From a virus (lineage: Duplodnaviria > Caudoviricetes): DNA of 64,000 bases. The notes under the pieces were generated by a model. It was not told the DNA's origin. It ran no database searches and saw only the letters and a program-made list of their open reading frames with translations. Position numbers and translations under genes: made by a program. The stretch lies in the IMG/VR virus record IMGVR_UViG_2848385391_000003; one strand, given 5' to 3'. Shown in pieces: positions 9,006-19,635 of the stretch (the first letter of the stretch is position 1; each line of letters begins with the position of its first letter).

Positions 9006-9206
9006 GTGAACCAAAAACGCGAAAAATGCACAGAAGAAATAAAGCTGCACTTGGGCGAAAAGCTCAAGACAGATCTAAAAGAGTTAGCTGCACTCAAAGG
9101 CCACGATTCGTTAAGCCCGTTCATCCGTCAGATTCTTCGTGAATTCATATACGGCAAGCTTAGTCCGCATCGGGATTTATTGGCAGGGACCGTTCGGGAC
9201 GAATAA
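9006..9206 (+). CDS. Ribbon-helix-helix-like small regulator (CII position)
   Basis: EIKLHL strand followed by two helices; same protein in P2. Confidence 0.65.
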   Translation: MNQKREKCTEEIKLHLGEKLKTDLKELAALKGHDSLSPFIRQILREFIYGKLSPHRDLLAGTVRDE

Positions 9207-9262
9207 GGCCTCAGATCAAGAGATTGAACAGTAATAGATATTAGATAAGGGAAAACTTAAAG

Positions 9263-10120
9263 ATGAAGCGACCTGCCTTCCAATTCTACCCCGCCGACTG
9301 GCGTAAAGACTCTGCCCTACAAAGCTGCTCAGTAGCTGCTCGCGGCTTATGGATTGAGATGCTCTGCATCATGCATGAATGCGAGCCATACGGGCAGCTT
9401 GCGATTAACGGCAAAGCGATGAGTGCCACTCAGCTTGCCCGATTGATTGGTGAAACTGAGAAAGTAGTTAAAGGTTTGCTTAACGAACTAGAAAGCGCAG
9501 GGGTGTTTTCCTGTACAGAACAAGGGGGGATTTACTCACGCAGAATGGTTAACGATGAACGGCTCCGCAATATCCGCGCTGAAGGCGGCAAGGGGGGTAA
9601 AGAATTTGGCAAATTAGGCGCTGAACACGGATACAAAGGGGGGAGGCCTAAAAAAGATAAGGGGGGTTATGAAACAAAACCTAAAACCCCCCTTCCTGAT
9701 GAAGAATATCCCCCCCCTTCATCTTCTTCTTCATCTTCACCTTCTTCTTCAAAACCTAAAGGGGATAAATCTCCTTCAACCCCTGGCGAACGCGATGCGC
9801 CCGCTGTGGCCTTGCCGAACTGGCTGGCTTTGGCCGATTGGGAAGCTTTCGTGAAGCATCGAAAGCGCTTGAAAGCGCCGATGAGCGATGAGGCTCAAGT
9901 TCGGGCAATTGCTCAGCTTTCTCGGCTTCGGGACGACGGTCATGACCCTTCCGCTGTGATCGATCAAAGCATCGTGAGCAGCTGGAAGGGGCTGTTTGGG
10001 CTTAATCGCCGTGGGTCACCGAAGCTCAGCAAACAGGCTGAGTTGGAGGCCAGAAATGCCGAAGCGGGGCGTCAAGCCAAGGCACTCATTTTCGGGGAAG
10101 AAGTTTATGAAATCCTGTGA
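9263..10120 (+). CDS. Phage replication initiator (O-like)
   Basis: MKRPAFQFYPADW N-terminus, Ser-rich linker, C-terminal W.AFVKHRK..K.PM..WKGLF. Confidence 0.8.
   Translation: MKRPAFQFYPADWRKDSALQSCSVAARGLWIEMLCIMHECEPYGQLAINGKAMSATQLARLIGETEKVVKGLLNELESAGVFSCTEQGGIYSRRMVNDERLRNIRAEGGKGGKEFGKLGAEHGYKGGRPKKDKGGYETKPKTPLPDEEYPPPSSSSSSSPSSSKPKGDKSPSTPGERDAPAVALPNWLALADWEAFVKHRKRLKAPMSDEAQVRAIAQLSRLRDDGHDPSAVIDQSIVSSWKGLFGLNRRGSPKLSKQAELEARNAEAGRQAKALIFGEEVYEIL
9520..9720. repeat. Probable replication-origin iterons inside the initiator gene
   Basis: AAGGGGGG repeated four times plus inverted CCCCCCTT copies; conserved in P2 at about 53500-53700. Confidence 0.5.
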
Positions 10121-10760
10121 CTTCAACGCATTCGATGGATTGCTGCAAGCCGTCGCAGCCATGTACGGACGTGACTTGACTTCTGGAGTCATTGCGCTCT
10201 ACTGGCAAGGCTTGCAAGCCTATGACCTCGCCGCTGTACGCGAAGCCCTCAACCGGCATGTGAACAACCCCGATACGGGCCAGTTCATGCCCAAAATCGC
10301 CGATGTGCACAAGATGCTGCAAGGTTCTACGCAAGATGCGGCTTTGAATGCTTGGAGCAAAGTAGATCGAACTATGCGCGAGAAAGGCCCCTACCCAAGC
10401 ATTGTTTTCGACGACCCGTTGATTCATCGTGTGCTTTCCGAGATGGGTGGCTGGGTGCAACTCAGCACAAAGCATGAAGATGACTGGCCGTTTGTACGCA
10501 ACGAATTTGTGAATCGCTATCGTGGATACCGGATGCGTAGCGAAGTACCAGAGTATCCACCTGTGTTGATTGGCATCGCAGAAATGACAAATCAGCAACT
10601 TGGGCTTGAAATTGCACCACCGTTGCTCGTCGGCAATGCTGCTATGGCGCAGCGAGTCATGTGCCAAGGAACCGATCAACCGTTGCTCAAATTTACATCG
10701 CTAAACGTGAAAAATTTACCCGTGCTTTTGCAAAACGAAGCTCAACAAATCGCCGCTTAA
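10107..10760 (+). CDS. Replication-associated protein (P position, DUF6475-like)
   Basis: Overlaps the initiator stop; FMPKIAD and FDDPLIHRVLSEMGGW motifs. Confidence 0.7.
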   Translation: MKSCDFNAFDGLLQAVAAMYGRDLTSGVIALYWQGLQAYDLAAVREALNRHVNNPDTGQFMPKIADVHKMLQGSTQDAALNAWSKVDRTMREKGPYPSIVFDDPLIHRVLSEMGGWVQLSTKHEDDWPFVRNEFVNRYRGYRMRSEVPEYPPVLIGIAEMTNQQLGLEIAPPLLVGNAAMAQRVMCQGTDQPLLKFTSLNVKNLPVLLQNEAQQIAA

Positions 10761-10783
10761 TCTTTTTCATTTCAAACAAAAAA

Positions 10784-11206
10784 ATGCTCAACATAATCGC
10801 CTTCACGATCCCAGGCCAGCCCATTGCCAAAGGCCGTGCTCGTTCGTGTATCCGTAACGGCCACATCGCGCACTACACTCCAGAAAAAACGGCACGATAT
10901 GAAAACCTCGTAAAGCTTGCCGCACAGCAAGCGATGAACGGACAAAGCCCAATCGAATCTGCCATAGCGCTGATTGTGCGAGCATTCCTACCGATTCCAG
11001 CCAGTTGGAGCCTTAAAAAGCAGCGAGCGGCAGCAATCGGCGAAGTCATGCCTACCAAACGCCCAGACCTGGATAACATCGTCAAAGCGGTTAAGGACGG
11101 CGCGAACGGCGTCAATTGGAAAGATGATTCACAAGTCATCGACGTACACGCCAGCAAGCGATACGGTACGCCTCGTGTTGAAGTCGAGGTGAGGATCAGC
11201 GAATGA
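10784..11206 (+). CDS. rusA: RusA-family Holliday junction resolvase
   Basis: PIAKGRAR, KRPDLDNIVKAVKDG, WKDDSQV. Confidence 0.9.
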   Translation: MLNIIAFTIPGQPIAKGRARSCIRNGHIAHYTPEKTARYENLVKLAAQQAMNGQSPIESAIALIVRAFLPIPASWSLKKQRAAAIGEVMPTKRPDLDNIVKAVKDGANGVNWKDDSQVIDVHASKRYGTPRVEVEVRISE

Positions 11207-11604
11207 AGCAAAGTACAGGTTCATGGCGGCTTATTCCCGAGTGGGTGGAGTATGAAATACAAAATTGGGTTCGCTGGTGCTGGTCTGGACCCTGGCCGCA
11301 TCCTCTGCCGCCTACGCAGTGCGCTTCGGCTGAACGGTACTATCGTGCGCCCAGTGATCTAGGCGAGGCCGAAACATCTTTGCCTCCACCCTACATCCCG
11401 AATGCCGAGATTGTGCAACGGGCTTATGTTGCGATGATGAAACAAGAGCAACATGTAATGAAAGCAGAATATATTCAGCCTTGGGAATCGGGCCGTACTC
11501 GCTATGGCAGAACGGGGGCTGCGCGCCAATTAAAAATGTCGCTGGCCACTTATGAGACGATTTTACACAGCGGATGCTTTCGCATTGAAAAGGCTTTTGG
11601 ATGA
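11203..11604 (+). CDS. Putative late antiterminator (Q-like)
   Basis: NWVRW motif, C-terminal HTH-like region, position before a terminator preceding terS. Confidence 0.5.
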   Translation: MKQSTGSWRLIPEWVEYEIQNWVRWCWSGPWPHPLPPTQCASAERYYRAPSDLGEAETSLPPPYIPNAEIVQRAYVAMMKQEQHVMKAEYIQPWESGRTRYGRTGAARQLKMSLATYETILHSGCFRIEKAFG

Positions 11605-11834
11605 AATATGCGCGGGAGATTATGGAACTGATGAGTGCCTATCCTAAACGGGATTTTAGGATGAAAGACTTGGTTAAATCTATCGTCGGCCATGCGCCTT
11701 CTTCAGCACAAAAACATCGAGTCAGAATACAAATTGCCAATGTCATTCGTGAACTTGAGGCGATGGGCTATGTTTTCCGTCGCCCACCTTCCGCTAAACG
11801 AGGCGGATTTGCCTTATATCGTTGGCGTGGCTGA
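11601..11834 (+). CDS. Small winged-helix-like protein
   Basis: ATGA-coupled, basic; divergent allele at 55582..55821. Confidence 0.6.
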   Translation: MKYAREIMELMSAYPKRDFRMKDLVKSIVGHAPSSAQKHRVRIQIANVIRELEAMGYVFRRPPSAKRGGFALYRWRG

Positions 11835-11855
11835 TCCCAAACTTGCCCAACACCG

Positions 11856-12161
11856 TCAACCTGAAAATGCGGGTGAGGTTGGCAATAAGGCTGTAAGTTC
11901 GATGCCAAGCGCTTTCATGACCTTTATGGTTGTTTTCAAGGTAGGGTTGCCCTGCTCACTAAAAGAGCGATAAAGTTGCTCTCTGGAAAGCCCTGTTTGA
12001 CTCGCAATTTGGTTCATCCCTTTGGCTCGAGCCACAATGCCTAACGCATGTGCAATATATCCAACATCACCGGTCTTGAATGCTTCTGCCATAAAAAGCG
12101 CAGTCGCTTCTTCAGAGGCTAAGTCTTCTGCGGGATCATAAGTTGTTAATTTTTCAGTCAT
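11856..12161 (-). CDS. Addiction-module antidote (HTH antitoxin)
   Basis: YDPAEDL..ALGIVARAKGMNQIASQTGLSREQLYRSFSEQGNPTL; directly downstream of the toxin. Confidence 0.88.
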   Translation of the reverse strand: MTEKLTTYDPAEDLASEEATALFMAEAFKTGDVGYIAHALGIVARAKGMNQIASQTGLSREQLYRSFSEQGNPTLKTTIKVMKALGIELTALLPTSPAFSG

Positions 12162-12162
12162 T

Positions 12163-12462
12163 TCATTCACTCCATTCATCTGCCAAGCGCTGCGCTTTCT
12201 TGATGTCATCTGCTTGCGTGCTCTTATTGCCACCACATAACAAAACAATGATCGTACTTCCTCGCTTTTGAAAGTAAACACGGTATCCAGGGCCGTAGTG
12301 AATACGCAATTCGCTAATGCCGCGCCCCACAGGTTCAGCATCTCCGGCATGACCGTAAGCCAGTCGATCTAAGCGCGATGCGATTACAGCTCGCGCCCGT
12401 TCATCCTTGAGTCGCACTCTCCATTTTCTGAATGCTTCTGTTTGCTTAAGTTCTATTGCCAT
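12163..12462 (-). CDS. RelE/HigB-like addiction-module toxin
   Basis: GDAEPVGRGISELRIHYGPGYRVYF..LLCGGNKSTQ..DI; toxin-first order. Confidence 0.9.
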   Translation of the reverse strand: MAIELKQTEAFRKWRVRLKDERARAVIASRLDRLAYGHAGDAEPVGRGISELRIHYGPGYRVYFQKRGSTIIVLLCGGNKSTQADDIKKAQRLADEWSE

Positions 12463-12552
12463 GAAAAAATGGTAGTTTATAAACTACTTTCTGTCAAGAT
12501 AAATCACGTGCCAGCATCCCCTTATTACATTTCACACTTAGGCACACCGCTA

Positions 12553-12595
12553 AAAGTGATAAATTAACTTCTGTAAAGTGATAGCCAAAGTGATA
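12553..12595 (+). repeat. Triple direct repeat AAAGTGATA upstream of the late operon
   Basis: Copies start at 12553, 12575 and 12587. Confidence 0.75.
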
Positions 12596-12682
12596 ATATT
12601 TGTGCGGGTCAATTCGTCCTAAAGATTCAGCAGCTCTTTTGAGCGCTTTTTACTGAATGTTTTCCCACTCATTTTCAGCCTC

Positions 12683-12708
12683 AGGCAGCCTACAAGCTGC
12701 CTTTTTTT
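12683..12708 (+). terminator. Intrinsic terminator before terS (tR'-like)
   Basis: AGGCAGC-loop-GCTGCCT followed by a T run; same stem with a different loop at 55938. Confidence 0.75.
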
Positions 12709-12734
12709 ATGCCTGTTTGCTTTTACCTCTGACG

Positions 12735-13205
12735 ATGGCTCGACCCAGCAAATACACGATTGCTCTAGCAACAAAAATCTGTGAACGCTTGATGGTCGGT
12801 CAAAGTTTGCGCTCCATATGCGCGCAAAAGGAGATGCCCTATCAAGCGACTGTGTATCGATGGCTCACGCAATCTGAGTCATTTCGAGATCAATACGCCC
12901 GCGCGCGCGAAGTACAGGCCGACACGCTCGCTGATGAGATTTTGGATATTGCTGATGATTCAACGCGAGATATTAAGATTGACGAACAGGGTAACGAGCG
13001 AACTCAGCACGAAGCCGTACAACGTTCTAAACTCCGCGTCGATGCTCGTAAATGGCTCGCTGGGCAATTAGCGCCCAAGAAGTACGGCGACCGCATCCAG
13101 CAAAATATCAGCGGTGCAAATGATGGCCCAATTGAACAAAAAATTACCGTCGTCGATGAAGCCCAAGTCAAAGCCACCGTCGCCCACCTTGAGGAAAGCT
13201 ATTGA
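12735..13205 (+). CDS. terS: Terminase small subunit
   Basis: [47 protein letters not shown]. Confidence 0.9.
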   Translation: MARPSKYTIALATKICERLMVGQSLRSICAQKEMPYQATVYRWLTQSESFRDQYARAREVQADTLADEILDIADDSTRDIKIDEQGNERTQHEAVQRSKLRVDARKWLAGQLAPKKYGDRIQQNISGANDGPIEQKITVVDEAQVKATVAHLEESY

Positions 13206-14691
13206 TCCCGAGGTGCTTCGGGCGGTGGCCAAGGCCAAATGTGAGCACAGTCACCTCTTTTTTACTCGGTATTTCTTTAAACACCGCCAGGGCATTCCGT
13301 TTCATCTGAACTGGCACCATGCTTTGATTGCCGATACGGTGCAAAAGGTGATTGATGGCGAGCTTAAAAATGTCGTCATCAATGTACCGCCAGGCTCTTC
13401 CAAGACTGAGCTGGTGGCGATTAACTTGATCGCACGGGGCTTAGCGCTGAATCCCAGAGCGCGCTTTTTGCATATTTCGTATTCTGATGATCTGGCCTTA
13501 CTCAATTCTGAAATGGCGCGAGAGATCATCCGTAGTGAGGAATATCAAGCGCTGTGGCCGCTCGCGATTGCTCAGGATGCTAAGAGTAAAAAACGCTGGA
13601 ATGTGCTGCTCGACGGTAAGAAGGCCGGTGGCGTCTACGCGGTCTCATTGGGCGGTCAGATTACCGGTTTTAGAGCCGGCCACATGGCGCCAGGCTGGCA
13701 AGGCGCACTCATCATCGATGATCCGCTTAAAGTCGAAGATGCCTATAGCAAAGCTGCCCGTGACAAAGCAAATCGTAAACTGGTCTCGACTGTTAAAAGC
13801 CGTAAAGCCCAGCCAGATACACCAATTGTTGTGATTATGCAGCGCTTAGCCCAGGAAGACCCCACCGGCTTTATCCAAATGGGCAAAGTGCCTGGCGATT
13901 GGACCTTCGTTTCGATTCCCGCCCTGTTGGATGATACGTATGTGGCTGCCCTCCCCTCTAACTATCGAGACAAGATAGACACCTCGCGACGAGATGAACA
14001 CGGGCGCTTTAGCTACTGGCCGTACAAAGAGCCGCTTAACGATTTATGCGCGCTTGAACAGGCGGATCGCTATGTGTTCACGAGCCAGTACCAGCAGCAG
14101 CCTAGAGCACTCGGGGGCGATCTCATCAAAAGTGAATGGTTTTCATATTACGAAACGCCGCCCCGCATTCGCCTGCGCAAAATGTATGCCGATACCGCAC
14201 AAAAGACCGCTGAGCACAACGATTACAGCGTATTTCAGCTATGGGGCTTAGGCGAAGACAATCGCTTGTACTTGCTCGATCTCATCCGCGGCAAATGGCC
14301 TGCGCCTGAACTTAAGCGCCGTGCGATTGCCTTTTGGAATAATCATAAACCCTATGACCATAAGACCAGCGCACCCTTAGCGCAACTGCTGGTCGAGGAT
14401 AAATCCTCAGGCACCGGGCTGATTCAAGACATTCAAGAAGACGGCCATATCCCCGTTAAAGGCATTCCTCGCGGTACCGATAAGCTCACCCGCATCATGG
14501 GCGTGCTGGCTTACATTGAGTCAGGGCGGATTGCGCTACCTAAAAACGCGCCTTGGGTAAAAGATTTTATTGCCGAATGCGAGGCCTTCACGGCCAATAA
14601 CACCCACGCACACGATGATCAGATTGATCCTATGATTGATGCGATTACCGATTGTTTAGCGAAAAGCTCGGATTGGTCTGGATGGACTTAA
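13114..14691 (+). CDS. terL: Terminase large subunit
   Basis: NVPPGSSKT Walker A, LIIDDP Walker B, C-terminal HDDQIDP nuclease motif; true start may be ATG 13156. Confidence 0.93.
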   Translation: MQMMAQLNKKLPSSMKPKSKPPSPTLRKAIDPEVLRAVAKAKCEHSHLFFTRYFFKHRQGIPFHLNWHHALIADTVQKVIDGELKNVVINVPPGSSKTELVAINLIARGLALNPRARFLHISYSDDLALLNSEMAREIIRSEEYQALWPLAIAQDAKSKKRWNVLLDGKKAGGVYAVSLGGQITGFRAGHMAPGWQGALIIDDPLKVEDAYSKAARDKANRKLVSTVKSRKAQPDTPIVVIMQRLAQEDPTGFIQMGKVPGDWTFVSIPALLDDTYVAALPSNYRDKIDTSRRDEHGRFSYWPYKEPLNDLCALEQADRYVFTSQYQQQPRALGGDLIKSEWFSYYETPPRIRLRKMYADTAQKTAEHNDYSVFQLWGLGEDNRLYLLDLIRGKWPAPELKRRAIAFWNNHKPYDHKTSAPLAQLLVEDKSSGTGLIQDIQEDGHIPVKGIPRGTDKLTRIMGVLAYIESGRIALPKNAPWVKDFIAECEAFTANNTHAHDDQIDPMIDAITDCLAKSSDWSGWT

Positions 14692-14706
14692 GTTGAAAGT
14701 TTAGAG

Positions 14707-14778
14707 GGGTGGGCACTCAGCATTCCAAGAAGATATGAGGAAAACTTCCAGTGAGGTAGGAACACCAAGCTCCCGCCC
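14707..14778 (-). ncRNA. Candidate antisense structured RNA between terL and portal
   Basis: Long hairpin that pairs fully only on the minus strand (G.U pairs), TATAAT just upstream, equivalent hairpin at 57964-58026. Confidence 0.4.
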
Positions 14779-14836
14779 GTCATTATACATAATTCACTGC
14801 TTAGGTTAAATTTTATTAAATCAATGTAAATTTAAG

Positions 14837-16234
14837 ATGCGCTCTTCTAAAAAAGCCAAACGAGCTAAACCTACATTGACCGGCCAAGCCACGCCCACTC
14901 AAGATAGCCTCACCAATCTCGTCGCAGGCCTGATGAATAGCCGCGACAAGATGGCGTATAACCATTATGCGTTTCGCAAAACGATTAGCCGCAGCGAACT
15001 CGCCACGATGTATCGTTCTAACTGGCTGGCTCGCAAAATTGTGGATGCCCCCGCTGAGGATATGACGCGGGAATGGCTGAGCCTCGAAACCAAAGATGAA
15101 AGCAGTAAAGACACTCTAGAAGCCGCTGAAAAGCGCTTTAAGCTGGTGACGCTGTTAACAAACAACCTCAAATGGGGCCGGCTCTTTGGCGGCTCAGCAC
15201 TCTACATTAGCTTAGCCGGCGAAGACCCTGAGACACCGTTAGAGATTGAACGCATCCGCCGTAGAGCGCTACAAGGTTTTCTCGTTCTGGATCAACACCA
15301 ACTCACAGTAGATAAGCAACCTTGCCTGATTGACTTAAACCGCCCCGAATATTGGCGACCTGAGTATTATCGCGTTGCCGATACCCAGCAAATCATTCAT
15401 GCCAGCCGCCTCATCTTCTCCGATGGCGCACTGGTACCTGTCAGTGATTTAAAGCAGCAAGGCTTTTGGCACGATAGCGTACTGCAAGCTCTTTACGACG
15501 AGCTGCAACGCGGTGATACGGTCGCCAGCGGCACCGCCAGCATGTTCTTTGAAATGTGCGTCGATATTTTAAAAATTGAGGGACTCACGACCAAGCTGAA
15601 TAGCGATGAAGGCACACGCGAAGTCCAGAAGCGTTTTGAAGTCACCAATACGGCCAAATCCTTTAATCGGATGATGCTCCTCGATAGCGCCGATGACTAT
15701 CAGCAAAAAACCATCAACTTTGGCGGAGTCAGCGAAGTCGCTACGATGTTTTTACAGCGTATTTCAGGCGCTGCGGACATTCCTGCGACGCGTTTGCTTG
15801 GGCAATCTCCCTCTGGCCTGAGCGCCACGGGGGAAAGCGATATTCGTAACTACTACGATGCGCTTAAAGCCAAGCAAGAAAACATCTTACGTCCTCAAGT
15901 CGAAAAGATTTATGACGTGATGGCGATGTCTGAGCTGGGCCATCCGCTCAAAGACCTCGTGATCGAATTTAATCCGCTCTGGCAATTGTCTGAAGCGGAA
16001 CGCGCCAACGCTGAAAAAATCCGCGCTGAGACCGATCAAATTTATCTGATGCAAGGGGTGATTCACGAAGCGCATAGCCTCAAACGCCTCAAAGCGAATG
16101 ATACCTATGCGATTACCGACGAAGATTTAGACGAAGCGCAGGCCCTCGCGCAAGAATTAGATACACCGGATGAACCTGACGCTACCCGCCCTGATCAAGG
16201 CACACCTCAAGCACACGACAAAACGCCAGCCTAA
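14837..16234 (+). CDS. Portal protein (DUF1073-like)
   Basis: [47 protein letters not shown]; follows terL. Confidence 0.88.
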   Translation: MRSSKKAKRAKPTLTGQATPTQDSLTNLVAGLMNSRDKMAYNHYAFRKTISRSELATMYRSNWLARKIVDAPAEDMTREWLSLETKDESSKDTLEAAEKRFKLVTLLTNNLKWGRLFGGSALYISLAGEDPETPLEIERIRRRALQGFLVLDQHQLTVDKQPCLIDLNRPEYWRPEYYRVADTQQIIHASRLIFSDGALVPVSDLKQQGFWHDSVLQALYDELQRGDTVASGTASMFFEMCVDILKIEGLTTKLNSDEGTREVQKRFEVTNTAKSFNRMMLLDSADDYQQKTINFGGVSEVATMFLQRISGAADIPATRLLGQSPSGLSATGESDIRNYYDALKAKQENILRPQVEKIYDVMAMSELGHPLKDLVIEFNPLWQLSEAERANAEKIRAETDQIYLMQGVIHEAHSLKRLKANDTYAITDEDLDEAQALAQELDTPDEPDATRPDQGTPQAHDKTPA

Positions 16235-17003
16235 GCGCGCTCGCGTACTACGGTCAACAAAACTCAACCGTCGAGCCGAAGTCGCTTACCGCAATCAGTT
16301 GTTGAGCCTGGTGAAACAGATGCATCAGCGCGTTAAAGAAGAGATTTTGCCGATCTTGAAAGAACCAGAGGACGGCTATACGCAGGATGCGTTATCAGAA
16401 TCGCTCGTTCAACGGATTCAAGCGGCATTAGAGCGTATCTCTCGAGCCTTTCTAGCGTTGATTGCCCGCGCACACCGTTGGGCGCACCGCATGGTCGAGC
16501 AGGTCGATGAAGACAACCGCACGGCGCTGATTGGCAGTATTCGCTATGCCTTTGGCATCGATATCGCCCCATTACTGAATGTTCCGACACTCAATGCGCC
16601 TTTGCAGTTGGCGATGGCAACGAACGTCCACTTGATCCAGTCGATTCCACAGCGTTACTTTGAATCACTCCGCACCGCCGTTTTAACCAGCACTCTGGAA
16701 GGACGCCGCTACACCGAGCTGGCTAAGGATATTCAGAAACTCACGCATACAACCGAAAAACGGGCGCGCCTGATTGCTCGAGACCAAACCGCTAAAACCC
16801 ACGCAGCCATTGCCCAAGCTAGACAAACCGCACTGGGGATCACCGAATACGAATGGCAAACCAGTGGCGATGAACGCGTGCGAGACAGTCACGCAGATAA
16901 CGATGGCAAACGATTTAAATGGGAGAACCCACCTGAGTCCGGCCACCCTGGTCACGAGATTGCTTGCCGCTGTGTCGCCTTACCCATTATTGACTTAACA
17001 TGA
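16170..17003 (+). CDS. Head morphogenesis protein (SPP1 gp7/Mu gpF-like)
   Basis: [34 protein letters not shown]. Confidence 0.9.
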   Translation: MNLTLPALIKAHLKHTTKRQPKRARVLRSTKLNRRAEVAYRNQLLSLVKQMHQRVKEEILPILKEPEDGYTQDALSESLVQRIQAALERISRAFLALIARAHRWAHRMVEQVDEDNRTALIGSIRYAFGIDIAPLLNVPTLNAPLQLAMATNVHLIQSIPQRYFESLRTAVLTSTLEGRRYTELAKDIQKLTHTTEKRARLIARDQTAKTHAAIAQARQTALGITEYEWQTSGDERVRDSHADNDGKRFKWENPPESGHPGHEIACRCVALPIIDLT

Positions 17004-18100
17004 TCGAAATTTTAGATAGCCGGCCCTCTGAGCGAACCTACACGCCAGAGGGTTTTTTAATTGCGCCCGCCAAGCTTGCACGCAGTGGTATTCAATCGTA
17101 TCGCGCCGTCGAGTTTTCCGACGGATCCGGCGATCCGATGCGCATTCTGAATATCTATCGCCCGCCCGAAGAAGTCTTTGCGCCCGAATCTCTGGCTTCT
17201 TATGAAGGCGCGCCGCTCACGAACGACCATCCACCCTCTTTCTTTGTCACCGCCGATAACTGGCGGCATCTCGCGCTGGGCTTTGTGCGCAATATCCGGC
17301 AGCAAGAGGGTTATGTCGTCGGAGACTTGATCGTACAAGACAAAAGTGCCATTGCCCTGATTGAAAGCGGCAAGGTGGGGCTCTCCGCAGGCTATCAATC
17401 TCAAAAGGATATGACGCCTGGCATCACGCCCGATGGACAGCCCTATGACGGCATTCAAAGAAATATTCGCGTCAACCATATCGCACTCACGCGCACCCCT
17501 CGTTGCGGTCCCACCTGCCGCATTGAAGATTCTAACTCTCATGGAGAACCTCTTATGTCTGACACACCCGATCAAACCACGACTCAAAGCACCGATACAA
17601 CAACCGCTGTTCAGACAGCCCCTACGCCTTGCCATGACTGCGGCGAGATACAAAATCAAATGGATGCGCTGACTGAAACGATTAAAAAGCTCGAAACCGA
17701 AAACCATATCCTACGCCAGAAAGAAGCTACCCCCGCGGTGCGCGATGCCTGGATTGCCGACTGGGCTGAAACCGTGACCGATGCTAAGCAGTTAATGCCC
17801 GCGATCACGACGACCGATAAAAGTTGTCATGCGATCCGGCACGAAGTGGTTAAGCAGCTTTATCCGAAGCACAAACCCGTAGTCGATGCGCTGCTCGCCG
17901 GACACACGCTCGATAACGCCGACGAGGTCATGATTCAACGCGCTTTTAAAGTGTTAAGCGCGATACCTCAAGGCACCCCACGCCGTGATCCGGTTCTAGA
18001 TGCACTGAACACCCAACTGAACACCGATAGCCGCCCGTTAGACCCACAGACTGCCCGCACGCAATACATTCAGCAGCTACAAGCAACCTATACCGCTTAA
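17000..18100 (+). CDS. DUF2213-like prohead protease/scaffold
   Basis: [34 protein letters not shown]. Confidence 0.8.
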   Translation: MIEILDSRPSERTYTPEGFLIAPAKLARSGIQSYRAVEFSDGSGDPMRILNIYRPPEEVFAPESLASYEGAPLTNDHPPSFFVTADNWRHLALGFVRNIRQQEGYVVGDLIVQDKSAIALIESGKVGLSAGYQSQKDMTPGITPDGQPYDGIQRNIRVNHIALTRTPRCGPTCRIEDSNSHGEPLMSDTPDQTTTQSTDTTTAVQTAPTPCHDCGEIQNQMDALTETIKKLETENHILRQKEATPAVRDAWIADWAETVTDAKQLMPAITTTDKSCHAIRHEVVKQLYPKHKPVVDALLAGHTLDNADEVMIQRAFKVLSAIPQGTPRRDPVLDALNTQLNTDSRPLDPQTARTQYIQQLQATYTA

Positions 18101-18126
18101 CTTTTTTATTCAATCAGGAGTTTTTT

Positions 18127-18636
18127 ATGTCAATTCAACTCGCCGACTATGGTGATGCACAGCTCGAGCGGGGTATCCCTGGACTCGAGGCCGATAATGG
18201 CCCCAACAGTATTGTGAACCGCCGTAATGCCAGTACTGCTGAGATTGACTTTGGTTTAGCAGTTGCCGCAGGTGCTGACGCAGATACTGCGGTGTTGCCT
18301 TCTACAGGCTGCCGCATCATCGGTTTAAGCGTGCGCCACGCTACGATGCAAGCGAATCAAACCGGCAACGTCAGCTATGCGCCCAAAGCTACCGTACCCG
18401 TCATGGAAATTGGACGGCTATGGGCCATCGCTAAAAACCCTGTCAGCCCAGGTGACGCAGTGACGACCGACGCGACGGGCGCACTCTCCACCGGCACGGC
18501 AATAGCCGTCCCTGGCGCTCTATGGGAAACCCAAGCCGCGGCCGGAGCGATTGCGCGCGTGCGGATTAACCTCCTCCCCCCTATGCCCGCCGCCTCCAGC
18601 TCGTCTAAAAAGACTACCTCAACCCAAGTTGAATAA
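18127..18636 (+). CDS. Head decoration/cement protein
   Basis: Ala/Gly-rich 169 aa directly before the capsid gene. Confidence 0.65.
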   Translation: MSIQLADYGDAQLERGIPGLEADNGPNSIVNRRNASTAEIDFGLAVAAGADADTAVLPSTGCRIIGLSVRHATMQANQTGNVSYAPKATVPVMEIGRLWAIAKNPVSPGDAVTTDATGALSTGTAIAVPGALWETQAAAGAIARVRINLLPPMPAASSSSKKTTSTQVE

Positions 18637-18666
18637 CCCCCCCTTCTTCTTTTATTCTATTGAATT

Positions 18667-19635
18667 ATGCCGAACAAAATTCTTGCTGATGCGCTCAGCC
18701 GCACGTCTATTTTCCAAGACGCCAGCCTTATCCAAGATTCCTCTCAAGCCCTGGCTTTCTTAACCGGACAACTCGAATCTGTTGAAACACAGATTTACCA
18801 AAAAAAGCGTGCTCTTCTGGATTATGAAGCGCTGCTACCGATCTCAACCTCTGCCGGCCAATGGGCCACTTCGATTACCTATCGCATGAAGGATTTTGCC
18901 GGCCAAGGCCAGCGCCATAGCGGCAAAGGCGACGATATTCCTCGGGTCGATGTTCATTATGATACAAAATCCATACCGGTCATCTCAGGCTCAATTGGCT
19001 ATGCGTATACTTTTAACGAATTGCGCATGTCCGCTAAATTAAACTTAGCCATTGACCAAGATCGGGCTGAGGCCGCTTTTTATGCCTATCGCGCTCATCT
19101 CAACCAGGTAGGATTGTTTGGCGAAAAAGAACTCACCGGTTTATTCAACTCTCCCTTTGTCCCTCAAGTCCAAGCCGGTGTCGGTAGCTGGACAACAGCG
19201 ACGCCTGAACAGGTTTTAAAAGAACTCAACGAAGTGATTACGCAAGTCTGGACACAGACCAAGCGCAATAGCACACCCAATACGATCATTTTGCCTGGGG
19301 CGCACTACGCGCATCTTGCCAGCACACCGCGCAGCAAAGGATCGGATAAAACCATTTTGCAATACGTGCGCGAGAACAATATCGCCAAAGCCGAGAAGAA
19401 TATCGATATTGACTTTCGAGGCGGCATTGACCTCGATCGCGCAGGTCAAAATCAAAGCACACGGATGATGGTTTACGAGAAAGATCCCGTCAATCTCGCT
19501 TTTCATATCCCCATGCCGCTGATGTTCCATGCGCCAGAGCAACGCGGATTGGAATTACTCATCAACGGCGAATACAAATACTCCGGTGTTGAATTCCGTT
19601 ATCCGAAGTCCGCTTTGTATATCGATGGGATTTAA
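18667..19635 (+). CDS. Major capsid protein (DUF2184-like)
   Basis: 322 aa, C-terminal GVEFRYPKSALYIDGI, head-module position. Confidence 0.85.
   Translation: MPNKILADALSRTSIFQDASLIQDSSQALAFLTGQLESVETQIYQKKRALLDYEALLPISTSAGQWATSITYRMKDFAGQGQRHSGKGDDIPRVDVHYDTKSIPVISGSIGYAYTFNELRMSAKLNLAIDQDRAEAAFYAYRAHLNQVGLFGEKELTGLFNSPFVPQVQAGVGSWTTATPEQVLKELNEVITQVWTQTKRNSTPNTIILPGAHYAHLASTPRSKGSDKTILQYVRENNIAKAEKNIDIDFRGGIDLDRAGQNQSTRMMVYEKDPVNLAFHIPMPLMFHAPEQRGLELLINGEYKYSGVEFRYPKSALYIDGI

Noticed and set aside
10086-10679. 197-aa antisense ORF conserved in both prophages
   Set aside because: Shadow of the replication gene; it shows more amino-acid change than the sense protein and has no coupling signals
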